A stretch of DNA of 64,000 nucleotides from Takakia lepidozioides (taxonomy: Eukaryota > Plantae > Bryophyta), in NCBI GenBank assembly GCA_030704615.1, contig CM060734.1, positions 51,894,001 to 51,958,000 of the forward strand, in the 5' to 3' direction. A model generated the notes under the pieces. It worked only from the letters and a program-made list of their open reading frames with translations, was not told the DNA's origin and searched no databases. Numbering within the stretch: the first letter of the stretch is position 1; the number at the start of each line of letters is the position of its first letter. Made by a program: the position numbers and the translations under genes. Shown in pieces: positions 24,821 to 39,639 of the stretch.

Positions 24821-25234
24821 TCAATCCTCGTACACCCGGCACTCGTCGGTCTCAGGGTTATCCTTACAGAAAACTTCCAAGGGGTCATTACTATCTCCCT
24901 TACCGCTAATGCGCTTATCGGCCGCGGCAGCACTGAGCTCTTCCACTTCGTCCCAAGCTGCTACGCACTCTCCAGAGGTAGCATCTTCGGCACAAACCTC
25001 CGTGGCTTCGTCGATGCTCTTCTTTACCTTGTCATTCAGGTCGGTCGATTTTGCTGCTTTTGGGACCGAGGCCATCCGCCTTACCCCTACAACCCTTCTA
25101 CATTCTCTCCTTAAGGGCATTACCGATGGGGAAGAAACAAACCCACATCCTGCCCTTTGCGCAGATGAGATTCTCACTCTCGGAACTGCAATTAGTGTCG
25201 CAATTGCTGTGGAGGTCATCGACAACGACGCCAT
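24821..25234 (-). CDS. CP12: Calvin cycle regulatory protein CP12, chloroplast precursor
   Basis: Ser/Arg-rich transit peptide, EVC..GECVAAWDEVEELSAA and DPLEVFCKDNPETDECRVYED; four conserved Cys; intronless. Confidence 0.96.
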   Translation of the reverse strand: MASLSMTSTAIATLIAVPRVRISSAQRAGCGFVSSPSVMPLRRECRRVVGVRRMASVPKAAKSTDLNDKVKKSIDEATEVCAEDATSGECVAAWDEVEELSAAAADKRISGKGDSNDPLEVFCKDNPETDECRVYED

Positions 25235-26046
25235 GATCACTCGAGCCTCTCTCAGAATGTGCAAACCACAAGAAAATAGATACACAATGCAGAGCCTTCG
25301 GTGTTCACGTAGTCAAGATAAGGTGTCCAAGAATACAAAGTTTGTTTGTATTATCACATTCAACTAAGTAATTGGTACTGTACACCAATTCGTCTTACTG
25401 GGTTCTCTCCAATACATAAAAGCATGGAGGCACACACTACACACCACAGCATCTGGACATCATCCCTTCCAAGAAATGATAGAAGTAATCAAAGCCCATG
25501 AGCATCAAAACGTTTCAGTTTTAGTTAGTCAACTGAGCTTATCCATGCAAGGAGGATGTCAGTGGTCCATTGCTCCTCCCGCCATAGTGAGAGATCCCTG
25601 CTTTTTCTTATCCTCAAATGAGCCGAGAGATCCTTCCTGGAGGTAATGGTACACTACAAAGTGTGTGATTGGTGATTACCTGGAGCCCCCATGTAAGCTG
25701 CTTTGTGGGTCATTGCCATTGCCATTACCTTGTTACTTTGGCATACTATCATGGAAGCTTGAAACTGGGTCTTCTCTTCCACACGCGGGAGTAATCCATC
25801 CATGCTGACTGTCACAGTGGGCAGTCGAGATGATTCAGCACGTATCCATCCAAAAGGAGGGGACGTGAGAGGCTTGAATTCTGACAATTGTGGGTTCTCT
25901 GGATGGAGCTCTTCCATGAGGAATTGCAGTGGAGAAGCTCAAAGATGCAGTAAGATGTGATGTTGTAAATAGCTGGATTGCGAGGGTATTGGGCTGCAAT
26001 CATTTTATTTGATACGTATTCGAGAGCAGTGAGAATCCAAGAAAGT

Positions 26047-26921
26047 ATGAGAGAGGAAACAGGGCAGGAGGAAATCCGGGGGGAGAAGAATGGTGGAGAT
26101 GGAGGTGAGCGGGAAAGAGAATGGCGAGCCGCGAGCTATTTCTTAGCGAAAGGTCCTTCAGCAACACTCCAGTATGTGGGTGACGATGCCAGAGCGTTGG
26201 TTTATGCTTACCAGGCGCAAGCCCTTGACGGACCCTGCGGGCCTGGTCTCGACGGCTCCCTTGCCGCAGATCCAACTCTCAGGAAGAAACAGGTACGTGA
26301 TTATTCGTTTGTCAGGGGCCTAAACAATTACAGTTGAGAAACTTTAGATGTTCTGCACTCTGCAGCTGGTGGGATTGTGCACAGGCAGGGCCAGAGTTTG
26401 AGGGCCTTTGAATTCCTGAACTATGCTAGACACAATTGCTCGATTCTACTCGTAAAAGACTCCTCCATAGACTGGGCGCTATTAGAGAACCCCCAAGCAG
26501 GTCCATTTCGCACGCAGTCTCAAGGCCTTTGATCATTGCCATCACACCAAAGCACTCTAATTGGTTCTCTATCAGGCTAAGGTAGTTAGACTCCACCGCG
26601 TAACTAATTGGGGCATAGCCAGATGTGCAGTATCACAAAGCGGTATTTGCTGTGAAGGTAATTCTTTGCTGTCAGATTTTGCGAAATTTTGATGAATCTC
26701 AGTGGAAACAGGAGGCATGGAAGGCATTAAATGGAATGTCAAGGGAGGAAGCCAAGAGAAAGCTGGTTGAACTTATCACACACCTACTCCCCCAGTGGAA
26801 GGAATGGTGCAAAGAGCATGCAGAGGTTGCCTTCAATCTATCGGACAACCAGGGAGAGGCTGACAGGCTCCTCCAAGCGTTCAAGAAAAACTCTAAACCT
26901 ATTCAACAGTCTCGACTGTAG
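26047..26921 (+). CDS. Acyl-CoA-binding (ACB) domain-like protein, 2 exons (26047-26292, ~26703/26712-26921)
   Basis: ALVYAYQAQALDGPC..RKKQ|EAWKALNGMSREEAKRKLVELITHLLPQW resembles the ACB fold, with divergent ligand residues. Confidence 0.7.
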
Positions 26922-27771
26922 ATGCAAGGCGTCTGCACAGGAATCGCAAAGCACAACTGGTCAAATTGATTCCATGGCCTGTAGATGTTTCTCTGAGAAC
27001 AGCTAGGGTCTGGGTTATAAGTTATAAGTATCTGTCCTGGGTATCTCTCTGATGTAGAGGGTTTGAGGAGAATATGCGACCGATCTTGTGAAACTCAAGA
27101 TCCAATGGAGAGGCTCACAGTTGTGGTTTATCTGTGGGGTTCTTTCCAAGAATGCCATTGGTGGTCAGCCATCTTAAGAGGACCGAATGAAATCGTCTAT
27201 GTAACTTCTATGACTAGACTCTGCAATTTGTTTGTTACTGAAAAGTTCAGTGCAGCTCTTTGCTCAGATGTTCATTTACATACTTCGTACATCATCCCTG
27301 AATTTGAGTACTCATTTTCAGCTGCTGCCAGAAAAGGGGAGTGTACCTCTTTCCCAAGCTTCTGCAAGCATTTATGTACATATTTTACATTGTGGACATA
27401 CTGTTCAGGTAGCAATAGTTCAGAGCCCTACTTCAACAACTAGCTCAAATAATCTGACCATAAGCTACAGAAACACCTGGAAACAGTAATATTGTATGCC
27501 TACATCAACGCCCTATACTACAAAGCGGCAGAAACTATCCCCAAAATGCTAGGGAAGATGTAATGGTTTGATCTACTCGCAGAGACAAGCTCATAATCTC
27601 AAGCTCACGTACTATTTGGCCTTTTTGGCCCTAGACAGCAATTTTCCAATACTCATTGTTACTGACTTCTCATTTCATCAAGCCATGGTGACCGCAGAGC
27701 TGAACACTTGGATGTCGAAATACGAATTGCAACAACTGGACAACTCCACATGGGCTGGGTGAAGCGTTAGT

Positions 27772-30700
27772 TTACTTTTGGCCATCCAATTCTCTGGGTT
27801 GCGCTCTTCTTAATTTGGCAGACCAGTAATGGTTGAACAAGCTTCCTGGACTGCAGCCAGCAAACTGCTTAGGGAACTTTGAGATCATTTTCTCATTTTG
27901 GGTTATGTGAAACTCTGTCAACCAGGAGAGACAACCGGCCGCAATATCCTTGCAAGGTGCCCGGCTAGGTGAGTGCATCCCTTGCCACTCGTCTTCATCT
28001 TCCCCTGGCGCAACCCCCCCTTGGATTGACTGGAGAACTCCTTCCACACCTTGGTCAACATGTGGTGTTGAGATGGGTGCCTGGTTTGATTCATCGCCTG
28101 AGAGAGAGCTGCTTGCTGGCCCCTCTCTCTCTTGGTCTAGATTTTGGGGGCTAGAAGGACACTCGCGCACCATTCCTGCTTGCGCGGAGTCAGTGTCACT
28201 GGGTCGCATTGGTACATTTGGTAGGTACTCTTGTCTCCTGTAAGATATGCATTTCCATCATTCTTAGGCTTTCACGCCATGCTTGTTGAAGATATTATAC
28301 TTCATATCTTGCTAAGGAAAGCATTGTTTAAATTTGTAGACTTCTAGTCATAAAATTTGGCAAGTCAAAACACGGCGAAGACGAGACGAGACAACAGAAG
28401 AAATACAAGACATCATGGTGCTTCTTGCCTCCCCTGCTAGCCGATTCATAGAAGATTGATATCTCGCCATAGGCATTTCAACCAAGTTTCATATGATGGA
28501 TGTGGAGAATGCCGACCTGTACTTCGTGCACTTCTCTGCATTGGGCAGCTGCTGAATCAGCCGGGCAATGGTGGGGTTTGCATATCCGAAGTACTCTGGC
28601 CCTGTACATAAAGCCAGAACCAATTTGACTCAAGATAGGCCCCTAGCATAGTCATTTGATAACCCTACCTCACCTCCGCTAAAATTACAATTACGTAGAA
28701 CCACAAAAACAGATTGTGAGGTAATCTCCAGTAAATAACTGAAAACTGAGCCAGTTGGCAACTTGCTAACAGATCTACAAGTACTTCAACCAAGGCAGTA
28801 CGACACCAGCCTGGATGGCCCCTGGCAGAAACCTACTGGAGATCAGGTGAGATATCAGAAATGAAATGAAATGAAATGGTGCTTTATAACGTCCGCGGAA
28901 AGCTCATAGAGCTTATGGGACAAAAAAAGAAAGATTTCAGTCAGGATGTCAGACTCTCTTCTTTATAACCTGAAACATTGGCAAAGGTCTTCTTTCCACC
29001 CTCCTCAATTCGCAGTGCCCCTACACGCTTCACGACCACAGTCCAAACTGCAGTGGCTGATATACCCACTACTGGGTTGTTCTGATCATCCTCTGTAAGC
29101 AAAATCCATCCCAAGTTAGAAATCGTCTTGTAAGGAACTATTAGGGACCATTGCTTAGGTACCTTACCAATTTGGCCATGCTAGCATTCAATTTGTACTC
29201 ACAACCCTCTTCAGGGAATATTTGTCCCTGGTATCAGTTAGCCCTGATTGGAGAGTTTGGCAACAGGGTTCTGACTGCATCAAGAATGTTATGAGGGCAA
29301 CTATTCAGTTCATGCTCCGCTGATGATGAGCATTGTCACATGCTATGCTTTTATGCAAAATAGAGGAGTACATAGAGGAAAGGCGATCACTCAGCAGACT
29401 TTGTGTGCTGTAGCCTTGTGGCTGGTAGACTACAGGACCCACTCTGATAACTTTCACTAAGAGCATGGATTGAGCAGAAAGCAAGTAGAGCTTGGGGAAA
29501 ACAATCATGGAGAACAGAATACTATTGCTGAAGATTTGCTCCAGTTGCCTCAGTTACAAAAAAATGATTCTAATTTTTCAATTTGTCAGTCCGTTGCTGT
29601 GTAAATACCAGCCGAGCAACAACACACAGGCAGTGGCATACACCTCCAAAAAGGAAAAAAGGGGGCACGGCAGAAAACCAGACTGTTCTCCTCACAGTTC
29701 ACTTACTTAACCTTGTATCTAGGTAAAGATTGTACTCATAAGACGTTGTTTGCCGTAGCCTTGTGGCCATTGACCCTATCTAGGTAAAGAGAGTTAGTCT
29801 GGGGTGAGAATGAATGGAGAGAAACTATTACATCTGTCGCATGCACAGGGGGCCAATGAGAGGCAAACAACATCATTGCATCCATGGGGGCAGGAGGGAG
29901 GGGAGAGACACCTGGAGTGAGTCGAAACTCGGGGGCTTGCCCATCATCAATTATTTCACACCTGTCCGATAAGACAGCACAGTCAAGCAACCCAGATGAT
30001 CTTTAGACAAGTGATAACAGAAAAATACGATAATAGGAGGCAAAATGTGACTTTCAGCTTGGAGGACCTGATTGATGACCAGACTAAGTTTCTTGCAAAT
30101 GATTTTCCACTCACCAGTAGAATATGCGATTCTCTGAGTTGAGCATACTTGCATAGGCGCGCCGGCTCTTATACCCGGAGGGCCTGCCATGTGCTCACGC
30201 TCTCACCAAATTACAAACAAGAAACTTGCCAGGATCACCCATAGAACTAAATGTGGTCCATTTTACAAATCCTTAGTTTTTTGCACCTAACACTGACATT
30301 GCATCAGGCAAGGGCTCTCCCCTTTCAAACAAGTTCAAATAAGGACCAAAAAAGATTTCTTTATCACATACTCCCAGCCAGGTCTTGTTTATGTAACATG
30401 ATGAGGTTCATGGTTCATTTCCACTTAAACTGCACAATAGCTGAATCAAAAACTGATCCCTACCGATACAACACACATACTAAACTACAGAGAAGATAGA
30501 TTACCAGATGTATTTTTCACTGTGAAAGTTTGGGCGATTCCAGACAACTTTCCCGAGGTCATAAACCTGGAGACTGGGCCCGAGCTTGATGGGAAGAACT
30601 GGACGGCCATGGGTATCCCGCAGAACTTCCTCACATCGGCGACGTTTGTTCACAGGTGCAAATTCTGATTGCTTCTCCGGAAGCACTGGATGAGGGACTG

Positions 30701-33700
30701 TGAGGGCTACCTCTGCTTTGACAACAGAACGTAACCTTTGTCAGATTGATCACCGATGCACAAATAGATATTATATAAATATATATAGCATGTGAATGTC
30801 ATATAGCCCATTCTTGATATAGAGATACAGACAGAAGAAGTAAAAGAAGAAAAAATGTATCATTACCACAAAAATACAAAGCCTTTTTTCACCATGGAAA
30901 CCAGATCAGTTGTAAGCTAGACTGACTCACTCTCTTCAACAAATTTGGGCTCAGATCCTGCAGCATAAATTGCATTTGCGAGATCCTCCTGGCCACGAGT
31001 CTTGTCACGAGTTTGCCTTGCCACGGCCTCCAGCTCTCGCCATACTTTTTTGTACAGCTCCTTCCGTGCAGCAGACCTGGTCCAGATCAAATCCACTATT
31101 AGCTTGATAGCAGTATGTTAGTATGGAGCCAGAGTTCTATAAGACTAGTGAAAGGACAGCAAAGAGACAGGAAAATAGGCAGATTAAGAAAAAAGGAAAA
31201 AGAAGGGGAGTCGGACAGCACCACTTCCCCAGCCTCAAAACCCACAACAAAAATCATAGTTACAACATTTGAGATAGTGCAGTCTAGTCTGGAGGAAAAG
31301 CAGAACCCACATGTCTGCAGTCAGAGGAAAAATGGAAGCGTCGTTTCTTTCAGTAAAATCCTGCAACCGTGCAACGCACTGCACTCAAGAGATACAAGCA
31401 CGTTTATGTCAGTCAATGCATGTGAAAGCACTTGCACTATGGCCCATAGTCACGATAAAACACTCTGTAGCATGAACTGACTGCAACCAAAAGAGACCAG
31501 GGCAATTGACTTACTGGACTCCTGGTTCCTGTTGACAGTAAAAGTTGAAGTACCAGGGACCTAGCTTGCTTTTCATGCATTTGACACTAAATTGGAAGAA
31601 GCTCTACAGCGTTGTACAATAGATGAATGGTGGCTTGATACAAAATACGTTACCTTGGATGCAGTGTTTAGATAATCACTTGGCAGTTCCTCTGCTATAA
31701 ATGCACCCCTGCAAGTGGAGAATAGAAACAATCAAACTCAACCCTAATCTTCCATCCAAATGGTTGTCACCCAGTTGAATCCCTATACAGCCCATAGTGC
31801 TACTATTTATGGATAACTTTATTGAGTCAACATATTGGACATTGCTAACTACGTTGGCACTGACCTTGACCCTGGATGCAACATTACGTGCAAGCACTGA
31901 GCTCATGATGTGGTGGAACAAAACTAGGGGTTGGATATCAGGATAAAAGGGTCCTAGAGCTATGGCTGTGGAAGGAAGTTTGAAGCACTCTAACCTGATA
32001 GGAGATAATAATGCAGCCAGACTAGCAGAGTGCCGCTCCAGGTGCTTTGATGAATGGGTTGGGCTTTTCTTACTGCGAGATGTGCCCACATTGCCTGGAC
32101 CAGCAAGTGGACTTCCCTGAGAGACAGTGTCATCTGTTTCCTCCTGCTTACGCTTCTTTCCTGAATGCCGTGACACTGGCCTTTCAGCATTACCACCGGT
32201 TGTTTTCCGTGGAGGTGTGCTCAACATACTGTCCGTAGTGGGATGCACAGAATCCTGGTTGTAACAAACAATCCTTATAATAAGATTGATCCTCAATCTA
32301 CCAATAACACCAGTCACACAAAACTTCTCTAACAACAATCTGAGCGGCATTTAGCCTCTCACCTATGAGATCTCTCAAGCAAGTGTCTAACGTGACTTCT
32401 GCTATGTGGCTGCATGAGTAGCTCCCCCAAGTCTCTCCCCTTCCCTTCTGCTTTCTTGGCTTGCATAGAGGCCCACTTGACCCCAATGTGTTTTGTGAAG
32501 GAGTAAAATATTGGTATTCCTTGCTCTAGGCTGTTCTTAATGATTTGTCTGATCATCCTCTTTTGCTCACAACAGCCACTGTGCCTGCTTTTGGTAGCTG
32601 GATCAGCTGCGTTGCCATACCGAAACAGGGATGTCTGGCTCAACATAAGCAGAGGACGGTTGAGTTATCTGCTTGAAGTAATTTGGTCGGAAGACCTCTG
32701 AGAGTTTTTTTTCCCTTTATATAACTGGCACTATGCACATGTGAATTTACAACACTTCCATGATCCACAATATGCACATGTCTCACCCAGAATATATTTG
32801 CATAGTGACCTTTGCAATGTGTCAGTATGTGCCAGAACATCTGAGCCAATGTTTATCATGATGGCACAGCTGGTCAGAAATATTGAGGTTGTGAGAACTG
32901 ATACCAGCGAAAAATATGGACCACGGGAGGCTTTCTGGTTTGCAAATTGAGTCTCAGACTGGAGTCCAAAGATAAGTCCTCCACTCACCTGGCCTGGAGG
33001 ACCTGCTTCAACTCCAGAAGCTTCATCCCCATCTGCAGTTGTAGAAACCAAGTCCCTGCTTTCCAAAGGACGCAGTGTGTGCAACCAAAACCTTCCCTCC
33101 CTCCAGACAAACAAGTGTGTAACATTGATTGCATCTTCCTCTGTGGAAAGCGCAAGAACCAACTTGCTGGCTAGAGTGTTATCCTGGTTCTTCAGTGTCT
33201 CCCAAATCTTGGCAGCTGGTCCTCTGTGAAAGACCTCAAGTAGGGTTGCTGAAACAGATGTACAAGGAAAGGCTAAGAGCTGCAAAGTGGAGAGTGATGT
33301 CTTTGTGCATTGCAGAGATGCTGTCCTGGCCTTTCTGAAGCCAGGTGTACCTGGAAAATGAGAGGCCTCACCCGAAACTGCAAAATACCAGCAAGGAGAG
33401 ACAGTCAGCTCTTCCTTTGTAGTTGGAATAACATGGACTTGCTCTGTACACGGAACAAACCATTGGTGAAATAAATTCTGAGCTCTGCGAGGTACAAGAA
33501 GACCGCCACACACATCAACAGGTGAGCTTCCATATAGATCAACACATCTTACATGAGAGCGTGGTGTGACTTTGGTAGAGCACCAGCCGAACATCAGTAT
33601 CCATGGTGCCAAGTTTTCCATCCTTCAACTCCCTCTCTCTAAGGGATAGCCTGCCAGTCTCTCCCTCCGTAAATTGCAGAAGCTGAGGAAGCATTCCTCT

Positions 33701-36350
33701 GATAACTATTGCTGACAGCTCAAGATGGAAATAGGCGAGGTCCAAAAAGAGATCTAATGCCTGGGCAGGTGGCAGCTTGTAGTAGCTCGTTGCAAGATGA
33801 ATGTTTGACTGCACCCTCCATGCAAGTTAGTATATTGCTAATCACTAAATCCAGGACCAGCACAGCTACTCAACTGAGTTTAAAAATGGAAAAATAGACA
33901 GACCCACTACATCACTAAATAATTATCCAAAGACGATGTATCCAAAAGTCGGGTGGCAGTGAACTTACATTTGCAGCCACATTGCTGCTCACTAGTGGTT
34001 CAACTGAATTGTCCAAGATGCTGAGGTCAAGGAAAACAGCATCACAGGTCCCAACATCGTTTTTCTTCATGCTGCTGCTCGCAAGAGCTTCCACCATGAG
34101 TTTGTGATACATGTGAACTCTGCTACCTGCACCCCTTCCAGAAAGAAAGCAAGGCCACATAGTTTCTCTTTTCTCAGTGTGTTTAGAAAACATAGAACCA
34201 AAATGAAGTTCATAATATCAAAAGATTCATGAAACTCAAAACAGTTTTGGTATTGCTCAGCCACAATCAAGCCTAAAATGCAGTGCAAAGGCCTTTCAAA
34301 GCGAGACAAGCTCTAAAAACAGGATGCCATCAAAACACACATACTTTTGCTGCACGTAAGAACATCAACCAAATGCACGTACACATATCTAAGAAATAAT
34401 TGTGCATGACATCATGAAGGGAACCCACTTATTGCATGAGACTACTGTCTACTCCAATGATACAAAGCTGTAGGCATGTATGCAATTACCATCTATCATC
34501 AAGATGGGCTCATCCAGTGAAACTAGTGGCTGGAAAGATCCAAGATATTAAACCCAATTTCTAACACCTATCAGGATAATAAGACAGCCATTGACCTATC
34601 CTCTCAAATGATCTGGCCTGGCAACACAGACAAAATTGCGATGCACTGTCTCAACCCTAAGGAAGTCGGATTTCACAGACTTAGAATGTCCCAATGGCAT
34701 CATGGAGATCAACCAGTTAACTTACTATGCTTTCTCATGCTGCATGTGGACGCATCCATGGATGGTTACATGTTCACAATGCAGGCACATGTGGAGTATA
34801 AACATATTGATATATGTATGTGAATGAATGTACACACAGTGCCATGTTCCAGGACTCACAAAGTGTATGGAATGATGACAACTAGCCTCGTCCGCACAGT
34901 CTTCCAAATGCTAGCTGCTGGAGTCGTCTCTTCTTCCATGTGATCAGATGGGCCTCTCTGCGCATCCATGTCCAATCTGCTGTTTCCGGAGGGTTGGAAG
35001 AGGAGCCCAATGGCATTCTGTACGACATGCTTGATGTTGTAACCACTATCTCCCTCAGGAGCTTTCCAGTGAGCAAGCCCTTGGACAATCTGTTTTTGCA
35101 TCACGAGACATAAAGCCAGCACATGCTTACAGATTCCTGAGAACAGAATTGTGCTGGGCACAAAACAATGCCATACTTGGTTGCTGCCTTCAAGGTAAGT
35201 TCCAAAATAATGAACTCCAAACCTGGACATTTTCAAGCATAGGTTTGACTTCCTGTTGACATCAACAAACAGGTGACTGCTTTGAGCGGAAGAATCGCTG
35301 AAGAGTTAATATGATAGGAACACAAAAGGAGAATGGAATGTGTTGTGTGGAACTTGAACTTACTGCATCCACTGACTGCTGGCCTGGGTCCCAACTGGTG
35401 ACTGTCTGTACCCTCTTTCCTGTTGCAATAAGAACTGATAGCTGCACAGCGACAGAATTCACACTCTAACACATCAAAACTGAACTTGCATAACGACATA
35501 GACAATGCATGTAATCCTAGGGAGATAAGTACCTTGTTACTTACAATTTCACTTCATGTCTCTCACCAACAGAAAGTCTGGCTTTTAAACATAAGGAGAA
35601 TGCGTGGAACTTATTAGAGCAAGTAGTCATTGGAGACATCCTAAGAGCATTACCTTTGACATATCCTGGAGGGCATGGCCCATGTGGGATATCAACCCCG
35701 CTGGAGCCGCTTGTGTTCAACCCACCAGAGTATTGGACACAGCACAAGATTGCCGTAGCGTTTGTGCACAGCAAAGGCAGTCCCGTTTTGAATTTGAAGT
35801 TGGGATATGGGCCACACTTTGAGTGATGGTTTCATGTGGCTGTGATTGAACAGTCACACTGCCTAGAAAAGGGTATAAAGAGTTACGTACTCATTAGACT
35901 TTGCTTGTGTATCCAGCCTCCAGTTTAGTGCAAGATAGGGCTTGTCTTGAAAGGATCTGTCTATTCCAGACTAGATCAAAAATTTATGGATAGCAACCAC
36001 CCTCAAGGAAGGAACCATGATTTCAGATAAGAACTCAAAAAGCTCATAGAAGAAGAGTGGCCCTCACCTGCACCAGTCCCAAAAATCACCACATGCATAC
36101 GATGTGGGTTAGTGAGGGTGTGCTAGGTGAATGACAGCCCCTTCTTGCATGCTATAGCTTTCCAAGATGAACCAATAAGTATCATGTCCAATAGCAGAGC
36201 ACAAACACCACTTGGGTACAAACATGCAACGAAGTACATCACTTAGCCCAACCACCTGAAGTGGTCCGTGTAGGAAGAGGCTGGCTGAAGCCAACATCAC
36301 TGGTACCTCAGGAAGACGGCGCTTAGAAGAAACCTTAAAGTCTCTTCTTG
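27772..36350 (-). CDS. Multi-exon gene with C-terminal FYRN/FYRC domains (TBRG1-like); 5' extent uncertain, possibly to ~38665
   Basis: Spliced exons 30712-30505, 30183-30115, 29961-29912, ~29092-28969, 28602-28517 and 28237-27772 give LQVYDLGKV..NFHSEKYIWPSGYKSRR..CEIIDDG..SATAVWTVV..SGPEYFGYANPTIARLIQQLPNAEKC; long open exons lie upstream (31.0-36.3 kb). Confidence 0.7.
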
Positions 36351-36589
36351 TAAGATTCTGCTATTTCACTATAGTGCAAAGGCAGCAGCTTACTTACCAG
36401 CATTGAACATTTAGGGTAAACCAAGCCTATTTGGAAATCGGCCGCTGTATGCCCTAGCCATCACTTCAGACCATGTATGCAATAGCAGATAGTGGAAGAC
36501 ATAAAGCCCTAATTCCACTCTGGCTTCAGAAAGGATAATCCGAAGAAGGACAAAATAGATTATCAAATTTCTCCTTTAAGAGAAAGATA

Positions 36590-37279
36590 AGATTGTACTC
36601 ATAAGACGTTGTTTGCCGTAGCCTTGAGGCTAAGAGAAAGATAAGAAAAAGACATGTGTTGCTTTCAACAGTATTAGACAATGTACTCAAGAGATGTTGT
36701 TTGCAGTAGACTTGTGGCCATAGACTCCACTCCAGTTTGGGCAGAACAAGAGGGAACATACACTACCTTTGTGAGGGGCCCACTCCAGTATTCAGACTTA
36801 CCTTGCTAACTCTTGATTCAGGCTTTCCAGATTTCCTCTAGAAAGATCTTTACAGAAGCATCAATCTGCTGTGTGTGAGCTGCCCAGCAATTAGACCCCA
36901 ACAGGGCCATGGCTTTAGGCTCAGCCTCGAAATTTTGAAAGTTGGCGAACAGAGGTCCTGACTATGTTCTTGATGGACCTGAAGAGGGTCCCTCTCTGAT
37001 GAGAATACCCCAGACATTGTATCAGAAAATGGATATTGTCTTGAGGCTGCCCGCACATTGAGCATCAATCTCCCCCCCTCTCTGCATCTGTTTATTGTTC
37101 AAAGGTAGACTCCCTGGCCAGAGTTTAAATTTCAGTCTACTGCCGAAGGTAGGTAGGCCATTCAGGTAGGTAGTGCCGTTCCCTGCAAACGTTGGCTTCA
37201 CATCAGCCTTACGGCCATTGACCCCGCAGGAAACACCCTTCCAGAACCTTTTGTGGGGTTCGCACCCACAAGGGTCTTT

Positions 37280-37315
<36 letters not shown>
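36590..37315 (-). mobile_element. LINE 3' fragment plus a second short repeat with a (GA)n tract
   Basis: Homologous to 19870-20300; 37110-37160 matches 23420-23460 in reverse. Confidence 0.6.
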
Positions 37316-38144
37316 TGGTCATTACCTTCCCTGCATGTGGTTGAGCCAAAAGCAAGCGTGCATAGGAAAGCAAGCCCTCCACACACTCTGGCTGCAAGGA
37401 CCCCGAGACTGCGCCTCCCTTTGGCCCTGCCTCCACAAAAACACTCCCTGAAGTCAAAAATTACATTATTGAAAAGAGATGGAAACTCTTAGCCTTTTCC
37501 AACATGAGTTGCACACTTAGCGATTGAGCAATTGTCTGTGCCTACATGAAGCAGCACAGTGGGGCTCCCTCACTTCACATTCACACAATTAAAGCAATGA
37601 TTGTGGCTGTCAGGTGATTTTTACTGGCAAATGCTCTGAATCGTGCGCGACCATGCAAGAGCCCTACTTGAGTGTGTGTGAAGGTAACATCATGAGACAA
37701 GGAAATGATGACTTACTCCACTGTTGTTGTTTGCCGAAAAAGACATGACTTTGAGAAAAAAGACATAATTTGGGAAGAGGGGAGATTGTGTAGTCATAAG
37801 TGCAGGCCTAAACCAGCTCAGAATATCCCTTGCTAACCCTTTCTCTCCCGCTCTTTCTTTCTTTTTCTCTGTTCAAACTCATGCTCCCTTTCCCTCACTC
37901 ACAAACATACGCTTTTCCTGCTCGCCCATTAAGAGTGTAGCGGGAATTTGTTTCAACTCGTTCAAAGCAGTGCATTTTGGACTCAACAACTTCTTACAGC
38001 GAAGGGAAATCTCTCTTTCGCTCTCCACCTTTCCCCTTTTCTTGCTTTGACTCTCTTTCCTGTCGTCTCCCTACACCAGCAGTTCAGCAGGAACTACATG
38101 CAGTACGGTGCTAAACCTCACTTAACCATTCACGAGTTCCAATT

Positions 38145-38183
<39 letters not shown>

Positions 38184-39639
38184 CGTTACGCCAATACAGC
38201 GAGCTCACAGAAAAATGTCAGGAGACAGTACACAGGCAAGTAGTGGAGTACCAGAATGTAACATCATCAACAGAGTGCGTGCCACAGGTCCCCTCGTTCC
38301 CGCCTTCCCTGCCATGGCCAGCGCACCCACGCCCTCCGTCTCCCTGCCTCTCTCCCCCATCACTCCCCTCCACTCACAACCTACCCATGTACACTAATCC
38401 CAGCCTTCATCAAAGTAGCTTACTTCCCGTCGCCAGTCACCACTTCAAATTGCTGCATACTACATATCTCTGTGATGTGTCTACCCCAAGCCTTCCCACG
38501 GGCTTCAGTGTTTCTCCGCCCTCTTCGAGAATAGGACTACTCGAACAACTTATACTCAAGCAGAGAAGTGGTAAGCGAAACTAGAGTGGAGATTGTGAGA
38601 GAGAAGAGAAGAATGGTGAGCTCGGTAGCTGAGTGCCTCTCGTCTCGCTCACGCTCCTCCGCCATGTGTCTTCCTCTCTCTGTGTTTCTGTTTTCTGTTT
38701 CTGTCCGTCCCATTACGTCGCCACTTCTTGGACAGTATTCATCCGAACTGAATGCTATCCACGTTCGTTCACGGATGAGACAGGGATGATATCCTCGTAC
38801 AGTCGAGGCGACGTTCCGACCATGGCCGCTTGTAGCATTATTTGTTTTTTTATCCGTTTTAGCATACAAGATCGAGATCGTAGGGATTATAAATAACTGA
38901 GTCATGAAATTTAACCCACGATAACATAAAATAAATAAGAAAAAGAAACAAAATAGCTATAAATGATTATTGCAATTATTTAAAAAGGCGACTTTTATTT
39001 TTATTTTATTTCTTACTTCCAAAGACGAGCATCTTACTGATCCTTGAAGGGGGAACTTATTAGACTACCTTTCGGGGCAGCAGCAGAGAGAGACAGCACA
39101 TAGGGGTTTGAAGTTTGAACCCCAGACCTACAGACCAATGCCTCTCTTGGACATACCTTTTTCTTTTTTTTTTGGACATACTTCACTGTGTCAAAACGGA
39201 GATATTACTTTAGGAGGAAGGAGGAGGAGAAGGGGGAGGTATGATAAATAAAAATATAATAATGAGAATATATACTGCTATATAAAATTTCCCGAGGCCA
39301 CCGTCCCTCTCTCATTATAAATTTTAAGAGACAGAGTTTTAGAGCGATGGAGCGCTCCGTGGTTTGCAGTGAAAGAAGCCAACGGCTCCATCGTCCCGCA
39401 GCTAGTTTACTCTGCGTGCGTACTCGGCTCCACCTTCACAGTTCGTTTCAAGAGGAACGAATCGCATACTCCTCTAGCTTTCAAACGAGGAATCCTCGGT
39501 TTCAATCTTAAAACTTAACTCTTTTCATTCTATGCTAAGAATAAACGAAGGCCTAAAGCTCGGGATGGTTTTCCCGGCCACATCCAAAGCCTGACTTTCG
39601 GGGTGATCTCCTCATCACAATCTTCCATCGGAATTGCGC

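Noticed and set aside
24468-25367. 299-aa plus-strand ORF
   Set aside because: Antisense shadow of CP12, with no recognisable motifs.
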